64,000 bases of DNA from Camelus dromedarius (lineage: Eukaryota). This document shows positions 50,761 to 64,000 of this stretch, in pieces. The notes under the pieces were generated by a model. The model did no database searches. It worked only from the letters and a program-made list of their open reading frames with translations, and was not told the DNA's origin. The translations under genes were made by a program, and so were the position numbers. The DNA is taken from the NCBI RefSeq assembly GCF_036321535.1, contig NC_087437.1, positions 56,236,001 through 56,300,000 on the forward strand. The letters are read 5' to 3'. Position 1 is the first letter of the stretch; each line of letters begins with the position of its first letter.

Positions 50761-52853
50761 GCTACTTTCCTCCACTTTCATTACGGTTAGTTAGTAATCC
50801 TGAACATAGTCACTACTCAGGTTATTCTGATGTTTAAGTATTTTACTAATATTATTTATCGAGCAAATCACTTAAATTGTATGTGTCTGTAATTTTTAAT
50901 TCTTATAACCACCCTAAGATTATCTCTTTGATAAAGTGAAGGGGATTGAGGCTCAAAAAAGGTAAGGCTTTGAATGCAGCACTCTTATGAGTGCCAATTT
51001 AGATTTCAAGTCTTGTGATCTTTCAGCTACAGCTTAAATTTTATGAGTGTATGAATTTACATATCCACATCCTTCTTTAGAAATTGATACATTAAATTTC
51101 ACAAGATGGGTTTTCTTTATTTAAATTTTGGTCTCTGTTGTGCCTCAGGTCAGATAGTATTCTGAAATTTCAAAGCATCTCTCCCAGATTTAACCTTAGG
51201 AAGAACAAGTCAAAGTGAGGTTTTGTTGACTCATGGCCGTAGGATGAGATTAAAGTTAGGGCCTACTGTTTCACCCAGAGCTATCCCCCAGTTTCCGATT
51301 CTGGAGTACTGTAGCCTGAAATAAATCTGGGATTTAAAATAAAATGGGTTTTAGTTATACCACTATGCTTAAGAGCGTACACACAGGCTGCTGTGTTTGA
51401 GTCCCTTCTCCTCCATTTAACCGCGCTTTCTTGGTGTTCTTATTTAACTTTGCTGTGCCTCATTTTGCTTATTTGTAAAATAGACAATGCAAATGATATC
51501 TCACTGAATCCTTTAATTAATAAGTGAGATAATATCATGCTTAAACTGTAACTGCTTCATAGTGTAGACTCAACATAGAATTATGAATTATTACCAATTA
51601 TAAGCATTTTACATACAAAGTGATCATACAAGTACAGCATTCAAAATTGTGGAGTGGCCAGCAGTAGAGTGTTATCTCACATACAATACAGCTTCAAAGT
51701 AGAACATGGGGCAGAGAGTTTCATAGCACAAATACTGTCTGATATAATTTTATTTGGCAAATCAAAGCATTCTGTGTTCCTACCTTTCTTCTCCACACTA
51801 GTTATAATCTCCTTGCCTTTGCATTTCTCTTCCCACTCTGCTCTTTTATTTATTCTTTCCTTAAGGAAAACTTGAAGCTTTCATTTTCTAAGATAATTTT
51901 TTGGTTAAATCTTACTAAATTCCCAGATTTCCAGGCAACGTGAATCTATAATTGCATCAAAATAAACAATGATATTAGATCTGTTCCATATGCATGAGCT
52001 CTGTCAAGAACACTTGAAAATGTTTTCTGTTGGTATGTTTACAATTCTTAGAAATCTATTGTGACTTGCAGCTTATAGATAAAATATGAGAAAGCTCAGG
52101 ACACTGGTACCTTTTAGCTCTAAGTGGATACTTAGAATCATCTGTACAACATTTCAAAGTATAAGTGGTTACAGCTGTCAGGTTGTATGAAATTAGTGTT
52201 TAGTTTGTTTACATCCATACCACAGCTCAAGCATTTGTGTTCTGTCAGTGGAGCAAAGAAGAAGAAATATAAAGAAGTGATCTTTATATTTCATGTGTTG
52301 CTGTCTTTATGTGTAACTTTCTTTGGCTATCATTTTCAATTTAGGAGCCTTGTATATAATAATGTGTCTTCACGGAACTCATTGTTCATGATGAAGAAAA
52401 AATAATGTACATTCCTAATAGACTCAAAATGTCAGCAGTTATCATCTATTTTCACATGGATTTTTTTTTTTTTTGATAAGTAAATGTCAGCACAGGGACT
52501 TATTGAAATGTGAAATGACTTATTTCCATATTAAACTAACTTGATGATGGAACCAGCCATAGGAATTTGCATATGTTTAATTCTGATTTTATCCATTTTA
52601 GGCATGACTTGTTCCCCTTACCCCCCAAATCAGGAAGTGAATTCACTTCCTGGTGGGGAAAGCCTTTAATTGTTAGTGTTTAAGGGAAAATGCTCTAACA
52701 TGCATTGTTTTCTGTCAATGAAATTCTGATCATGCTCTCAACCACTGTTAACTTTGCTGTCAAGTTCACCACAGCCAAGCTCTTCCTTTGATCATGGTGA
52801 ATTCGGGTGTGTCCGCATGAGTCATTTCACACGGTGTCTTCTCCAACATCTAG

Positions 52854-53087
<234 letters not shown>

Positions 53088-56000
53088 TAGAAATTTAGTT
53101 GATTTCTGAAATGTGAATTGAAAAATTTTTAGCATATTTTATTTTTATCTTTTCTTATGTATTTATAAATACCTTTAAGGGTAAAAACGTTATCTTACTC
53201 AGCTCTGCTACCCCCAAAGTGTTAGGTATAGCGCCTTATACACAGTAGGCCTATGGCAGGCACTTTAAATTGACATGAATTCTTCAGGGTACTGTGATTT
53301 TATGATTCAAATTGACAGGTTAGATGAAAGCATTTTAGCTATGACTTAGGTCAAATAGAAAATTTATAATATTTCTGTGGAAGATTTGCTAAGAGAGAAG
53401 GTGGAGCTAGAGGAACAGAGTCGAGACAGAAAAACAGGTAGGGAGACAGACAGGCAAAGAGACACACAGACTGTGGGGCCAGGGAATGAAAAAGTTAATA
53501 TACACAGCACAGTATTAGCAGAAATCAAAAAGCCAGCTCCTTCATCCTCCTTATCTTTTAGCTTTAAATTATAATTAGGTGTTAACAAGACCCATGTTTC
53601 TATGAATAAAGAAATTTTATAGATTGAAAATCTTATTACTCATTCTCTCAACTCTTGTTCAATACTATTTATTTATTTAATCAAATTGTGCTGAGAATAA
53701 CTGGATCTGTTATTAAAGCAAAGTGGTGTTAGTATCTCTCAAAGCAAATGATGGCTAATGGGACAACATGGCAATTTCTTTTCTCAAGATAAATGAAAAG
53801 TAAACCCTTAGAATGTGACTTTTCCCATGAACAGCTATTTCAGTCCAGGAAAAGCACTTAAAAAGGCGCCATGCTCTAAATCTAAAATCTCTTCTGCCAT
53901 TTAGGATTTGAGTGCCTGGAACATTTTTAACAAATTCATCAGGCCTTTATTTTACTTTTTAGCAAAAGGTCTCTTTTTTTTTTTTTCTTTTTCACTTCTT
54001 GCACTAACCTAGTTCCACCTACAAAGAAGCATGATTTGATCAATGGAAATGGATGTTCATGGGGACACTGGGCTAGTCCAGAAATGCAGCATTAAGGTTA
54101 GAGTTGAGAAGAAGATAGAAAGATGAAGTAGCTCAAAATTTAAATATTGTTATCTACATTTATGCAAAAAGGGAATAAAGTCACTCACAAGCCTACTACA
54201 TGGAGAAAACCACTGTTTGTCTTTTAAAATGTTCCTTTATCTTTTGCCTGTATTGTCTCACATTTTTCTTTTGATATAGTCTTACCTATTGCTTTCAAAT
54301 AACATCCCAAAGATCTATTAATTTTCTTTACAAAATTCTATCATATGCTTAAAGAAAAAAGAGATGAAAATGTAGGCTAAGAAAATAATGTAACTATACC
54401 CTCTGAGTTAGGATGTCACCTATAAGAGAGAAGGATTTTATTTTCAGTCTTTAATCTATTTTATACAATCACAATTAGTTAACCTTTCTCATGGCCTTGT
54501 ATATCTAAGATATGTGGGCCCAGATACATTTTTTTAGGGCTCATATTGATACAGTTAATTTGAGTCCTTCCCCACCCCCCAAATCAGAGTATTTAACAAA
54601 AAGGAAATTCCTGACTGGTCAGCATTGGCAACCTTCTTGTGGAGTTGCCCTTTCAGAACTGGGCTAGCCATGGGGGCCTCTGGATGGCACTTGTAGGAAT
54701 GAGTCCTGGAGTTCCACAGAGCATCTGAATCACACTTTGTATGGAGCAAGGGTCAGAGAAGGAAAGACCAGGACCCACAGTGATTTCAAGGCACCCATCC
54801 AAATGGCAGTCCTGGCCCTGTTGGTCCCAGTTTCCAGAATGCGACTGAGAAGATTCCAAGGGAGGCAGTCCAAAGTGTGGGACTACTTGTCTTGGGGTGC
54901 TGAGTAGGAGGCCCACTGGTATATACCACTTGAGGATGAAGGATATGTGTTGAAATATATAAACTAATGTCATCGAATGAATTACATATTGTTCTCTTTC
55001 CTCAATTTTGGAAAAAAAAAAAAAAAGGGAGCCTTTGATTTGGCCTGCATTTGAAATTTGAGCCAAAATTTTTAAAAATAATGCCATATTTTGAGATCTT
55101 AGTCACCTATAAGTAAGGTAGAAACTGATTTTATGCATTGATTTCCTCTCTTAGATAGATTATAAAAATATTTTATATTTTAAATGAGGAAAATTGGCCA
55201 TTTTTTTGTAAGCAATCTATAACCAAATAGGCCCTAAAGTTATCTCACCACTGAGGAAAAATTCAGACACAAGGAAACCCCAGATCACTCTGAAAAAAAA
55301 AAACATAATTACTGTATCATCAAAAGAATAAATGTTATTACTCCTTTCCAGTAGCCAGCTAAAATAACAGTAGCTCTGACTTCAGGTTATTAAGCCTCCA
55401 TATGTGACACAATTTTCCTATTTTTAGTTTAGTATAACTGGGACTCGAGTTCAGGAAGCTTTCACAGTTGATGACACTTCCATTGTGGAAGATGACTGCT
55501 ACTATTCCACTTCTGTTTACCTGAGTTTCTCTTCCCTAAATTTTCTACCTTATATTATCATTGGCTACAGCTTTAAAATACGCTCAGTTGACAGTGCAAG
55601 GTTGAAGCATTATTGCAGAGTGTTGGCCAAGAAGGATCACAACCAGAAGGAATGAAAAAGAATATGACCTGGCTTCCAAAAATAGTCTTCTTCTAAAAAG
55701 CAGAAGCTCCTTCTCCTTCTGAAGATCTGCTGATTGCTCCCACCAGTCTGAATTGGCAAGAGATGTCTTGAAGTGTTTTATTCTGTTCCCTTATGCCAAA
55801 CCTTAACCAATTATTTACATTTTTTCAGTAAAACTTCAAACAAACGTAGTAATGTTTTATTAATTGAACATTTATTATCTTCTGAAGAAGAGATCCTCTG
55901 CTTTCAATCTGGCATTTAGCTATAATACTTGTGAACAAGACTCATTCCACAACAGGAGGCAAAAGGGAAACGATTACTTAGTCCCTACCATATGCCAGGC

Positions 56001-56272
56001 ATTTTGCTGGGAGGCCAACAAGACTGCAATAAGCAGGGCTTAAACAAGTAATAACGGCGATTGTCTCATGACATTTTTGGAGTTTATGAAAAAATTAAGG
56101 GTATTTATTTTTAAGTTCATGCAAATTTAAAGTCTGATTTTTTTGTTTTTTTTTTAGTGGGCATGTGTTAATGTAGGTTAACGTACGTGGTTGTCTGCTT
56201 TTTGATGTGCTCCTGGGTGTTAACCTGTTTCCCTCCTCTGACTATGCTCTGGCCACATGCCCTGATCTTCAG

Positions 56273-56437
56273 TGAAGCTGGTGGTAACTCGGGCGTTGAT
56301 GATTACTGCAGACATTCTAGCTGGATTTGGATTTATCACCCTGCTGCTTGGTCTTGACTGTGTGAAATTCCTCCCTGCTGAGCCATACATCAAAGCCCGC
56401 ATGTGCTTTGTTGCTGGAACTACATTACTAACAGCAG
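56273..56437 (+). CDS. CLDN16: Claudin-16 coding exon 3 ([55 protein letters not shown])
   Basis: Acceptor tcttcag|TG and donor CAG|gtactg. 165 nt, phase 1-1, frame-continuous with exon 2; covers TM2 to TM3. Confidence 0.97.
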
Positions 56438-58548
56438 GTACTGGTCTGGACTCAGTGATGGGGCGACAGAGACCAACCTAAGGTCCTGAGGTGAAGAAGG
56501 GTGCTGTTCTGAAGCAGTTCACTTTAGGATCATATGCAACTTGCTTCTCTAGATTAAAGGAACGAAGAGCACCTCCAGCAACCCTGCTTTCTTTAGTTTT
56601 GGAATTAGATAATTAATTTTTCGTTACTATCCCTCATCAAGGTTTATCGAAGTCCTCAAACTGTTTTTAACCATTTCAAAGGTTATATAACACTTTAAAT
56701 TTCTAAAAATTTTTGTGATTATTCCTGAAGTCAAATCCTAAAATAAACCCTAAGCCACCACCTCCTTACCTCTACACACTGCCACCAATTGACTAAATTG
56801 TACCAAGTCCTGTGTTAGACATCTCTCATAGGCCAACCTTTAGGGTCATAACTGTAACAATAAGCAGATTATGCTATTATCTCCACTTAAGCAGGTGAAT
56901 AAATGGAGTTCTAAAGACTAATAAATCAAGCATGACTAATAAACAATAAATCAAGAAGCACTTCACACAGTGTTTATTAGTGAAACAACAAAATTGGTAT
57001 TTTACTGAGCTCTGTCATCAAATTCAATTTAGTCTTCTTTTATCACAGCACAATGCCTCCTTTGGATTGTAATGCAAGTTGGGAAGACGTACACTATGGA
57101 AGAAATCAAAGTACAGAAAGAGTAAAACCCTCTCTCTGGAGGTGAGCCCACCCTCCAGAGAGAAAATCGTCTTCTTTTATGGTAGCAGTAGAAAAGTTAA
57201 CAAAGCAAATATAAGTACCTGACCAGGAAGTGTAGCGTGACTATATAGGAACCTTGAAGTTAAAGATACTTGGAGATACATAAGTGTAATGTGTGACCTT
57301 AGGCCAGTTACTTAATCTAGCTCCTTTGTTTGAGCTGAAAAATAAGGTTAAGCCCCAGCAGAAATATATCCTCTTAATTGCTGTGGTAAAGGTCCAGTGT
57401 GGGCAGAGTAAGCCCATAGCAGAGTCTCACCCATCCCACAGTCAAAAAATGGGGCCTCCCTAATATTTTCACACACAAGCATTGAGTCAAGACCCTAATG
57501 ATCCTTAACTGTATTAAAAAGTCACAAGAATTTAGTAATGTTTCCTTTTTAAGAAATTTATTCCCATATCCAGTCTCGTGATAACATAAAGCTTTTGTAT
57601 AAAACACTGTTTTATTTAACAAATTTAAACATTATTTAGTGCTATGAAATTTTGTTCTAGAATGTTTTTTGAGACATCACTAGGTACTCTATTTTTTATA
57701 AAATACCATAACAAGCTAAATATAAAGAAAACCGAGTCAATGAAGAAAATCCCTGCAGGACTGGCTGGAGAGATGACTAAAATAAATTGCCAGAGATGGC
57801 CAAAGCCTCAGGGTCCTCATTTGATATTACTATGCCATATATAAATGCGTGTATATGTGTGTGTGTGTATATGTATACACACGAAAATCTGTTTCTAAGT
57901 TTCAAGAAAAGAACTTTTCAGCCTAAAGCTATAGGTTATAGTATTATAGAAAAGGCGTGGTAATTTATATTCTGTATTCGAAAGGTTACTGTGTCTTCAT
58001 GATCTGGTCCTTCTTTTACTTCTTGCATTAAACAATTGGGAAAAGAATGCAATGAAATTGTGACTTCAGTGGATATCACAGACTCACTACAAAAAAATGT
58101 GAGAGTTTCTTGGGGGTCACAGATTTCAGAAACACTGTTTTCACATAACCTTTGTCCCACAGCTCCCCACCCCTTTTTCTTACATCTGAGCCCTGACATG
58201 CAAGTTATATGCAAAAGCAAGAGGCATCATGTCAAGCTAATCAATTTTCAGAAAGACTAATCTGGGAGGATTAAATTTTATTTAAAATGAGCACAATTTC
58301 TTAGTCTAGTCTTATATGGTGTGGGAGTAGTAGATAAAGACTTATTGTAACATAAACACAACTTTTGCTTCACTTATTTTTAACCCCAACACACTAAGAT
58401 GAATGACTTTAAAAGCAGTTTCCATATGGGTGCTGACTATGTAGCTGATGTAACTTCAATCGTGGGTCTGGGTGGTGGGTCTTAAATCTCCTTGGATTTA
58501 AATGGAAAACAGGCCTGCATTATGTTTAGTGATTTTCTTTTCTTTCAG

Positions 58549-58740
58549 GTGCCCCAGGAATCATTGGTTCTGTGTGGTATGCTGTTGACGTTTATGTGGA
58601 ACGTTCTTCTCTGATTTTCCACAATATATTTCTTGGCATCCAGTATAAATTTGGTTGGTCCTGTTGGCTCGGAATGGCTGGGTCTCTGGGTTGCTTTGTG
58701 GCCGGCGCTGTCCTCACATGCTGCTTATACCTCTTGAAAG
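58549..58740 (+). CDS. CLDN16: Claudin-16 coding exon 4 ([64 protein letters not shown])
   Basis: Acceptor ttttctttcag|GT and donor AAG|gtaaga. 192 nt, phase 1-1; ECL2, TM4 and the CC motif. Confidence 0.97.
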
Positions 58741-59683
58741 GTAAGAACAAAATAAAACAGCACACTTCCTCGCCTGCGGTAGCATCCCTCCCAGCCCAGA
58801 GGAAACACATCTCACCAGCCCAAGGAACGTTGCTTGCTTGCTCCCTGCCTACCCCATTAGAAATTTCAGTTGTTGGAGGACAACTGATTCACAACACTAG
58901 AACCTTAGTATCTGGCTAGTGGTATGTTTGTTGGGAAAAAATCCCTGTAACTACAACTATGTCCAATATCCAAAAATATAATGATAATTTTGATGTGTCA
59001 TAATCTTATATGTCTCACTTTACTCAATCTACTAAATATATAACCACATTCTGTTGATTCTTATTTTGTAGTTGGCTTTATTCCTTTGATAATTATGTAA
59101 GTTTAAAAAGCTAAAGATATAATCTGTTCTTAGAAACAATAATTAGTACATATATGTAAACTAAAAAAAAGGGCAGTATACTGTGTCTATGTATTTACAT
59201 GCAACATAATGTGTATGTACAGTCGAACTGTAATAATTCTACCTAATAAAACTGAAAAAGAAAAAAAACTAACTAAATAAATAAATCTCATCAGCTGAAA
59301 GAAAAAAAAATAAAATTAAAAGATGTATATCTAAAGTTAAACAGAGAAATAGGCTGAGAGCTAAGTCAGATACATATTTGTTGTTAAAAAATGTAACATA
59401 TTGGGTTTCCTAAAAATGTCACTGAAAAAACTAAGGAAATTCCTCTCCTTGCAAGAAAAAAAAAAGAAAAAAAAGGAAATTACTTGGCTGAATTTTAAAT
59501 CTAAAAAAGCTTTTAGGTTGAGAATCTTAGATTTTTCTTCTAGGGTTCTTCTTAGATGATTCCTTCTTGGAATATTTATATTCTTGCCTCTTTTGGGAAA
59601 GAATATATAAAATGACATTTTTTTGTCAAAGTTTACCGAGGCATAATTATTTTTATGTCGCTATCTTTATCACTTTCAAACAG

Positions 59684-59817
59684 ATATCGGACCTGAGAGG
59701 AACTATCCTTATTCCATGAGGAAGGCCTATTCAACTACAGCTATTTCCATGGCCAAGTCGTACGCAGCCCCCCGGACACAGACTGCCAGAATGTATGCTG
59801 TAGACACTAGGGTGTAA
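59684..59817 (+). CDS. CLDN16: Claudin-16 coding exon 5 ([44 protein letters not shown])
   Basis: Acceptor aaacag|AT; TAA at 59815-59817. Ends in the PDZ-binding DTRV. Exon sum 114+103+165+192+134=708 nt = 235 aa + stop. Confidence 0.97.
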
Positions 59818-59874
59818 GGTGCCGCGTGTCAGTCTGTGTGTGTGTGTTATGTAATCACTCAATGTGTTCAGGCC

Positions 59875-59880
59875 AATAAA
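59875..59880 (+). terminator. Candidate proximal polyadenylation signal AATAAA
   Basis: AATAAA 57 nt after the stop codon, with a GT/T-rich tract (ctttgtgtt) about 30 nt downstream. Confidence 0.5.
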
Positions 59881-61959
59881 ATAACAAGCCGATCCAGGAA
59901 CAGTTATCTAGACTTTGTGTTCAACTAAATTAATTGCTCACCTTAATCAAAAAGTTTGATTCTCCTATTACTTCTCCTTTTCAATTCTTACATTCTTCCA
60001 CGTTTTTTTTTTTACCCCTCCTCTCTCACACACACACTTCCCTTGTATTTAACGATAAGGTTGCCAGGATATAAAAATGTTTGTTTGTGATTTCCATGTT
60101 GCTATTAGAGATTGTGACATGGTAATGTTAAAGCAAAATGATGCTTTAAGAATAGAAAGCAACTTTCAAAAGAGGCCAGAGATGCTAATCTTTGAAGGGG
60201 TTGACAGGCTCTTAGCTCCTTCCCTGGCTTTTGCTTCACTTCTTGTATTCTCAACTGAGCAAGATATTTGATAACTTTGAAAAAGATGGCTCTTCCAAAT
60301 TCAAACCAGTATATCAAAGCTTACCATTGCTCTGATTCTGTTAAAATAGGAAAAGAAAATAACAGCTTGGTGTACCAGTTATGGGTGGGAGTCAAAGTTA
60401 AAAAGGTTCCCCTCCACACTCTAAATGTCAAAAGCAAATGCTAAGTTAATACTGGAGTCAGTGCTGAATTTCTTCCTCATTAACAACATAGGAGACCTGT
60501 GTATCATGTTATCGCCACTCCAAGTTTGCCTGTGTACTGTCAAATATTAAACTGCAGCAGTGATAGCTAAACAAGGGAGTTCACTCAGTATTGAATGGAC
60601 ATCCAAATGTGTTCTAGAATGTACCATAATAGAATTCACCACTTCAGGTGTCCTCTCACCGCTGGATCTTCAGCACCCAGCAAAATCTCTGGCATGTGAT
60701 AAACTGTGCCAAATATCTGTTGCCTGAAAGAAATAAAGGCACACAACTCTCGACTGAAAATAATCACTTTCCCTCAGAAAATATGTGCTTTTTAGAAAAA
60801 ACAGAATTATATATGCACTTAAAAAAATCAGTAGATGATTGCTAATGGGATTTTATTCGTATAATATAACCTTATTTTTTTAAATTGTAGAGTTTGTTTT
60901 TCAAGTTATAAAATTTAACCTCAGGTTTTCTAATTCCCTATTACTCACATGAATAGCATTAATACCTTTGTGGTACCTTAACAGACTGTCAGCTGAACTA
61001 AAAATTAGTTCTTTGGAAAAAAGGAAATTTAGTTGTGAATTTCTGAAGCTCCCAAAAGAAATGTTTCCAATTAAGAAAGATAAACATACTGTGAAATTGA
61101 GACGATGGAAGCTGGTACGTGAACTGTGGAGAATGATGTTCATGAATTCACGTGGTATCTCTTTACCAGTATCTCAGGAGAATGTCTAATCTAATCTTAG
61201 AATTAAGAACAGTTGATTCACTTTTATTTCATGGATATTATTAACTTGTGTAATTGACATTTAACAAAATCATTTGTAGATTATGTTTACTAGTTCTATG
61301 GGTATTCATCTATGCATTTCAAAATTTGTTTTCTGTTGTTCTTTATTTTCAACCTTGGCTTTTAAAATTTCTATTCCCACATTTATTTTATGATATATCA
61401 TGTTTTATACATTCTAATAAGTCTCCTGAAATACTCCTGGGGAAAGGCAGGATAAAGTTAGTTAAATAACTAGTTAGATTTTAGAGATACAGATCTTCCC
61501 CCCCTCAAAGGTTTCATTTGTATGAGGGTATATCTCAGACAGTTATGGTGATAATTGAAATCTATGAATGTTTAAAATTTTTTTTGCAATAAAAATATTT
61601 TGTATATCCTAGAAGGAATATTCATATTTTTAAAAATTCTCTGGGAACATTTATTCCTAATCCACTGTGATTTAATGAAACACCCCAAAATGAAGTATAA
61701 CAAAGAATATATTTTGTACAGCAACTAGTGAACACAGAACAAATAATAAATTATGAAGCAGTAATAATTAACAAAGTGGTGCTTAGCATGCGCAGAAAGA
61801 AAATATAAGCCCAAGGTATACACATTTGTGATTATTATGTTGAAGCATTAAAACAGCCCACTAAACTCTGAGTATTACAATTTACTTATATCTTGTTAAT
61901 TGTGGTAAGAAAAATAAAAATTTATAAAATGGAGCAATCTTATTACCTATCCCTTTATT

Positions 61960-63700
61960 AACTATTACTTTCTAATATCACATTTTAATTGAAATTAGCT
62001 ATTTGTTATTATAAAAGCTATATAGGTGCATTGTAGAAAGTTGGAAAACATAACCAAAAGTGTATGATATTTAAATACCATGGGACTGACTATATTCTCT
62101 CCACCTGTATCACTGCTCCTAAAACCTTCCTGAACATCTCTACATTCTTCCAGATATTTTGTGTTTACACACATACACACAGACAATATATTTCTTTTTT
62201 AAGAGATCATTTTTAAGAGGTCACTTTAAGAGATCATGTGTTGCTTTGTAACCTACTTTTTTCCTCCATTAATTACCATTATCTTTCCATAGCAATACAT
62301 TTGCATCTTATCTAATACCTGATCCATGTTTAAATTTCCCTGAGTTTCTCAAAATGCACTATGCTACTGTTTACTTCAAACCAATATTTGCATTTCCTCT
62401 GGTTGTTATGCCTTTTATGTCTCTTTTAACCAAGCTACATTTTTTTTTTTTTAATCCCTGGCTTTTTTTTTTTAAAGAAACTGAACTGGTTTTCCTACAG
62501 TTTGTTCCATCTTCTGGGTTTTCCTGGTGGTGTCATTTAGATTGTTTCCCTATACCTTGTATTTCCAGTAAACTGGAATTTAAATCAAAAGGCTTTGATG
62601 GAATCAAGTCAAATAGTTCCTTACATACACCATACGTGAATCTTATCTGGAGACCTAATATCTGGTTGATTTAGCCTCAGTTGTGCTAAGGTTGTTCACT
62701 GGATTGGGGCGATGCCAATCCAATGCTTCCATTCTTCACTTACACATATTTTTCCTTTAGTGACAAAAATGAGTGATTATTGTGGTGCTATTTTGGAAAC
62801 TCGGAATATCTCATTCTCTATCAACCATAATAATAAATTTAAAATAATACTTCTAACAATTGATAATCTTTATCTGAGTAAGTAAATACATCAGTTACAG
62901 GTTGAAGAAAGATTACTTTTAAATTTCTATTTTAGGTCCATCTGCTGAAAACTTCTGTAAAATAAGCCTTAGTCTCTTCGTTTGTCTGTTTAGTTACCCT
63001 GAGAAGACAGGATAAATGGTTAATTCTTCCCCTTCATTTACCAATTTACTCATACAAAATAAGGAGCTGGTTTATTAGTGAGATAATATATAATTTATCA
63101 GCCAAACAGGGACAATCTGAGAATAAAAGTGGGTGCTATAAATAATTAAGTCAGAACTCTCCTGGGAAAGCAAGGAGGTATGGTTCTTCTTTTAGCTCGA
63201 AGGATGATGAATAATTTGCAACTATTTCTTTGTATTTGAGTGTCATTATAACTTGCAGAGTTTCATTGATTTAATGTGTTTTAATCCGCAATACCTATTA
63301 TTATTATGATACTTACATTGGTTCCCCTTTGGTCTTGTGTGGGCTTTTTAAAGCTGGCTCCTGTGTTTTCTTGACACAGTTCTTTAAAAAAAATTTTTTT
63401 TCAGTAATTGTAATGTTGAAGTACATACAGAAAAGTACATGTTTACAGCTAGATGAATTTTCACAAAGTGAATATACCTGTATAATCTGTATTCATGTCA
63501 ATAAATAAAAGATTATCCTTTCTCAGAAGTTCCCTCTGACTCACCTTCTAGTCATTACCCTCCCCGTTCTGTGGGTAACCACCTATCCTGACTTCTAAAA
63601 CCATAGATTAGTTCTGTCTGTTTTTGAACTACAGTGTATTTAACTCTTTATGTCTAACTTCTTTCACTCAACATTATGTCCTCAGATTCAACTTAGTTAT
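61960..63700 (-). mobile_element. Ancient L1 (L1ME/MB-like) 3' fragments
   Basis: Degenerate L1 3' UTR text, e.g. acagctagatgaattttcacaaagtgaa, taaccacctatcctgacttctaaaaccatagattagtt, ctttcactcaacattatg. Confidence 0.55.
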
Positions 63701-64000
63701 TTTTAACACACTTTCCAGAGGGTTCTTCTGAGCATGCATAGCCCAGTTAACTGACCCAAGTGTAAAAATCACTTTTAGAAAACTATCTGGGTAAAGATGA
63801 TTTCCATACAAGGGGATTGGATAATACAATTATGTCCTTCACCATATAGTTTTCTTGTTCATAATACTGTAAACTGTAAAATTTTCAGATATTCTGATAT
63901 TACATTCTTTAACACTCTCTTCCTTGCTCACCACCCTCCAACCAACTGCATTTCTTTCTCTGCCTCAAAAGCCCCATGTTTCTCTTGCCAGTAGCCCTGC

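Noticed and set aside
53377..53574. Charged ORF (EKVELEEQSRDRKTGRE...) as an extra exon
   Set aside because: GA-rich low-complexity intron sequence; the CLDN16 CDS is complete without it.

Overview
Mammalian genomic DNA, AT-rich and dense in repeats. The young L1 3' tails and a tRNA-derived SINE head suggest a camelid or related artiodactyl, which is an inference. The only gene I can support is claudin-16 (CLDN16/paracellin-1) on the + strand. It has five coding exons (40831-40944, 52854-52956, 56273-56437, 58549-58740, 59684-59817) with GT-AG introns, splicing to an intact 708-nt, 235-aa ORF that ends in the PDZ-binding motif DTRV. The first ~40 kb is upstream non-coding DNA made of L1, L2, MIR, CR1, MaLR/ERVL/ERV1 LTRs and microsatellites. 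I found no convincing new multi-gene system. The most notable observations are: (1) the orthologue of the human upstream Met1 is frameshifted into a 73-aa uORF whose stop overlaps the main start (ATGA), while the main frame stays open for 164 codons upstream; (2) a single TSD-flanked insertion fusing an antisense tRNA/SINE head to an L1 3' end; (3) an L1 with a twin-priming-type inversion; (4) an exon1/exon2 junction that regenerates a strong 5' splice site; (5) HNF1 and NF-Y motifs upstream of exon 1. Repeat family names and human sequence comparisons come from memory, not from a search, and repeat boundaries are approximate.
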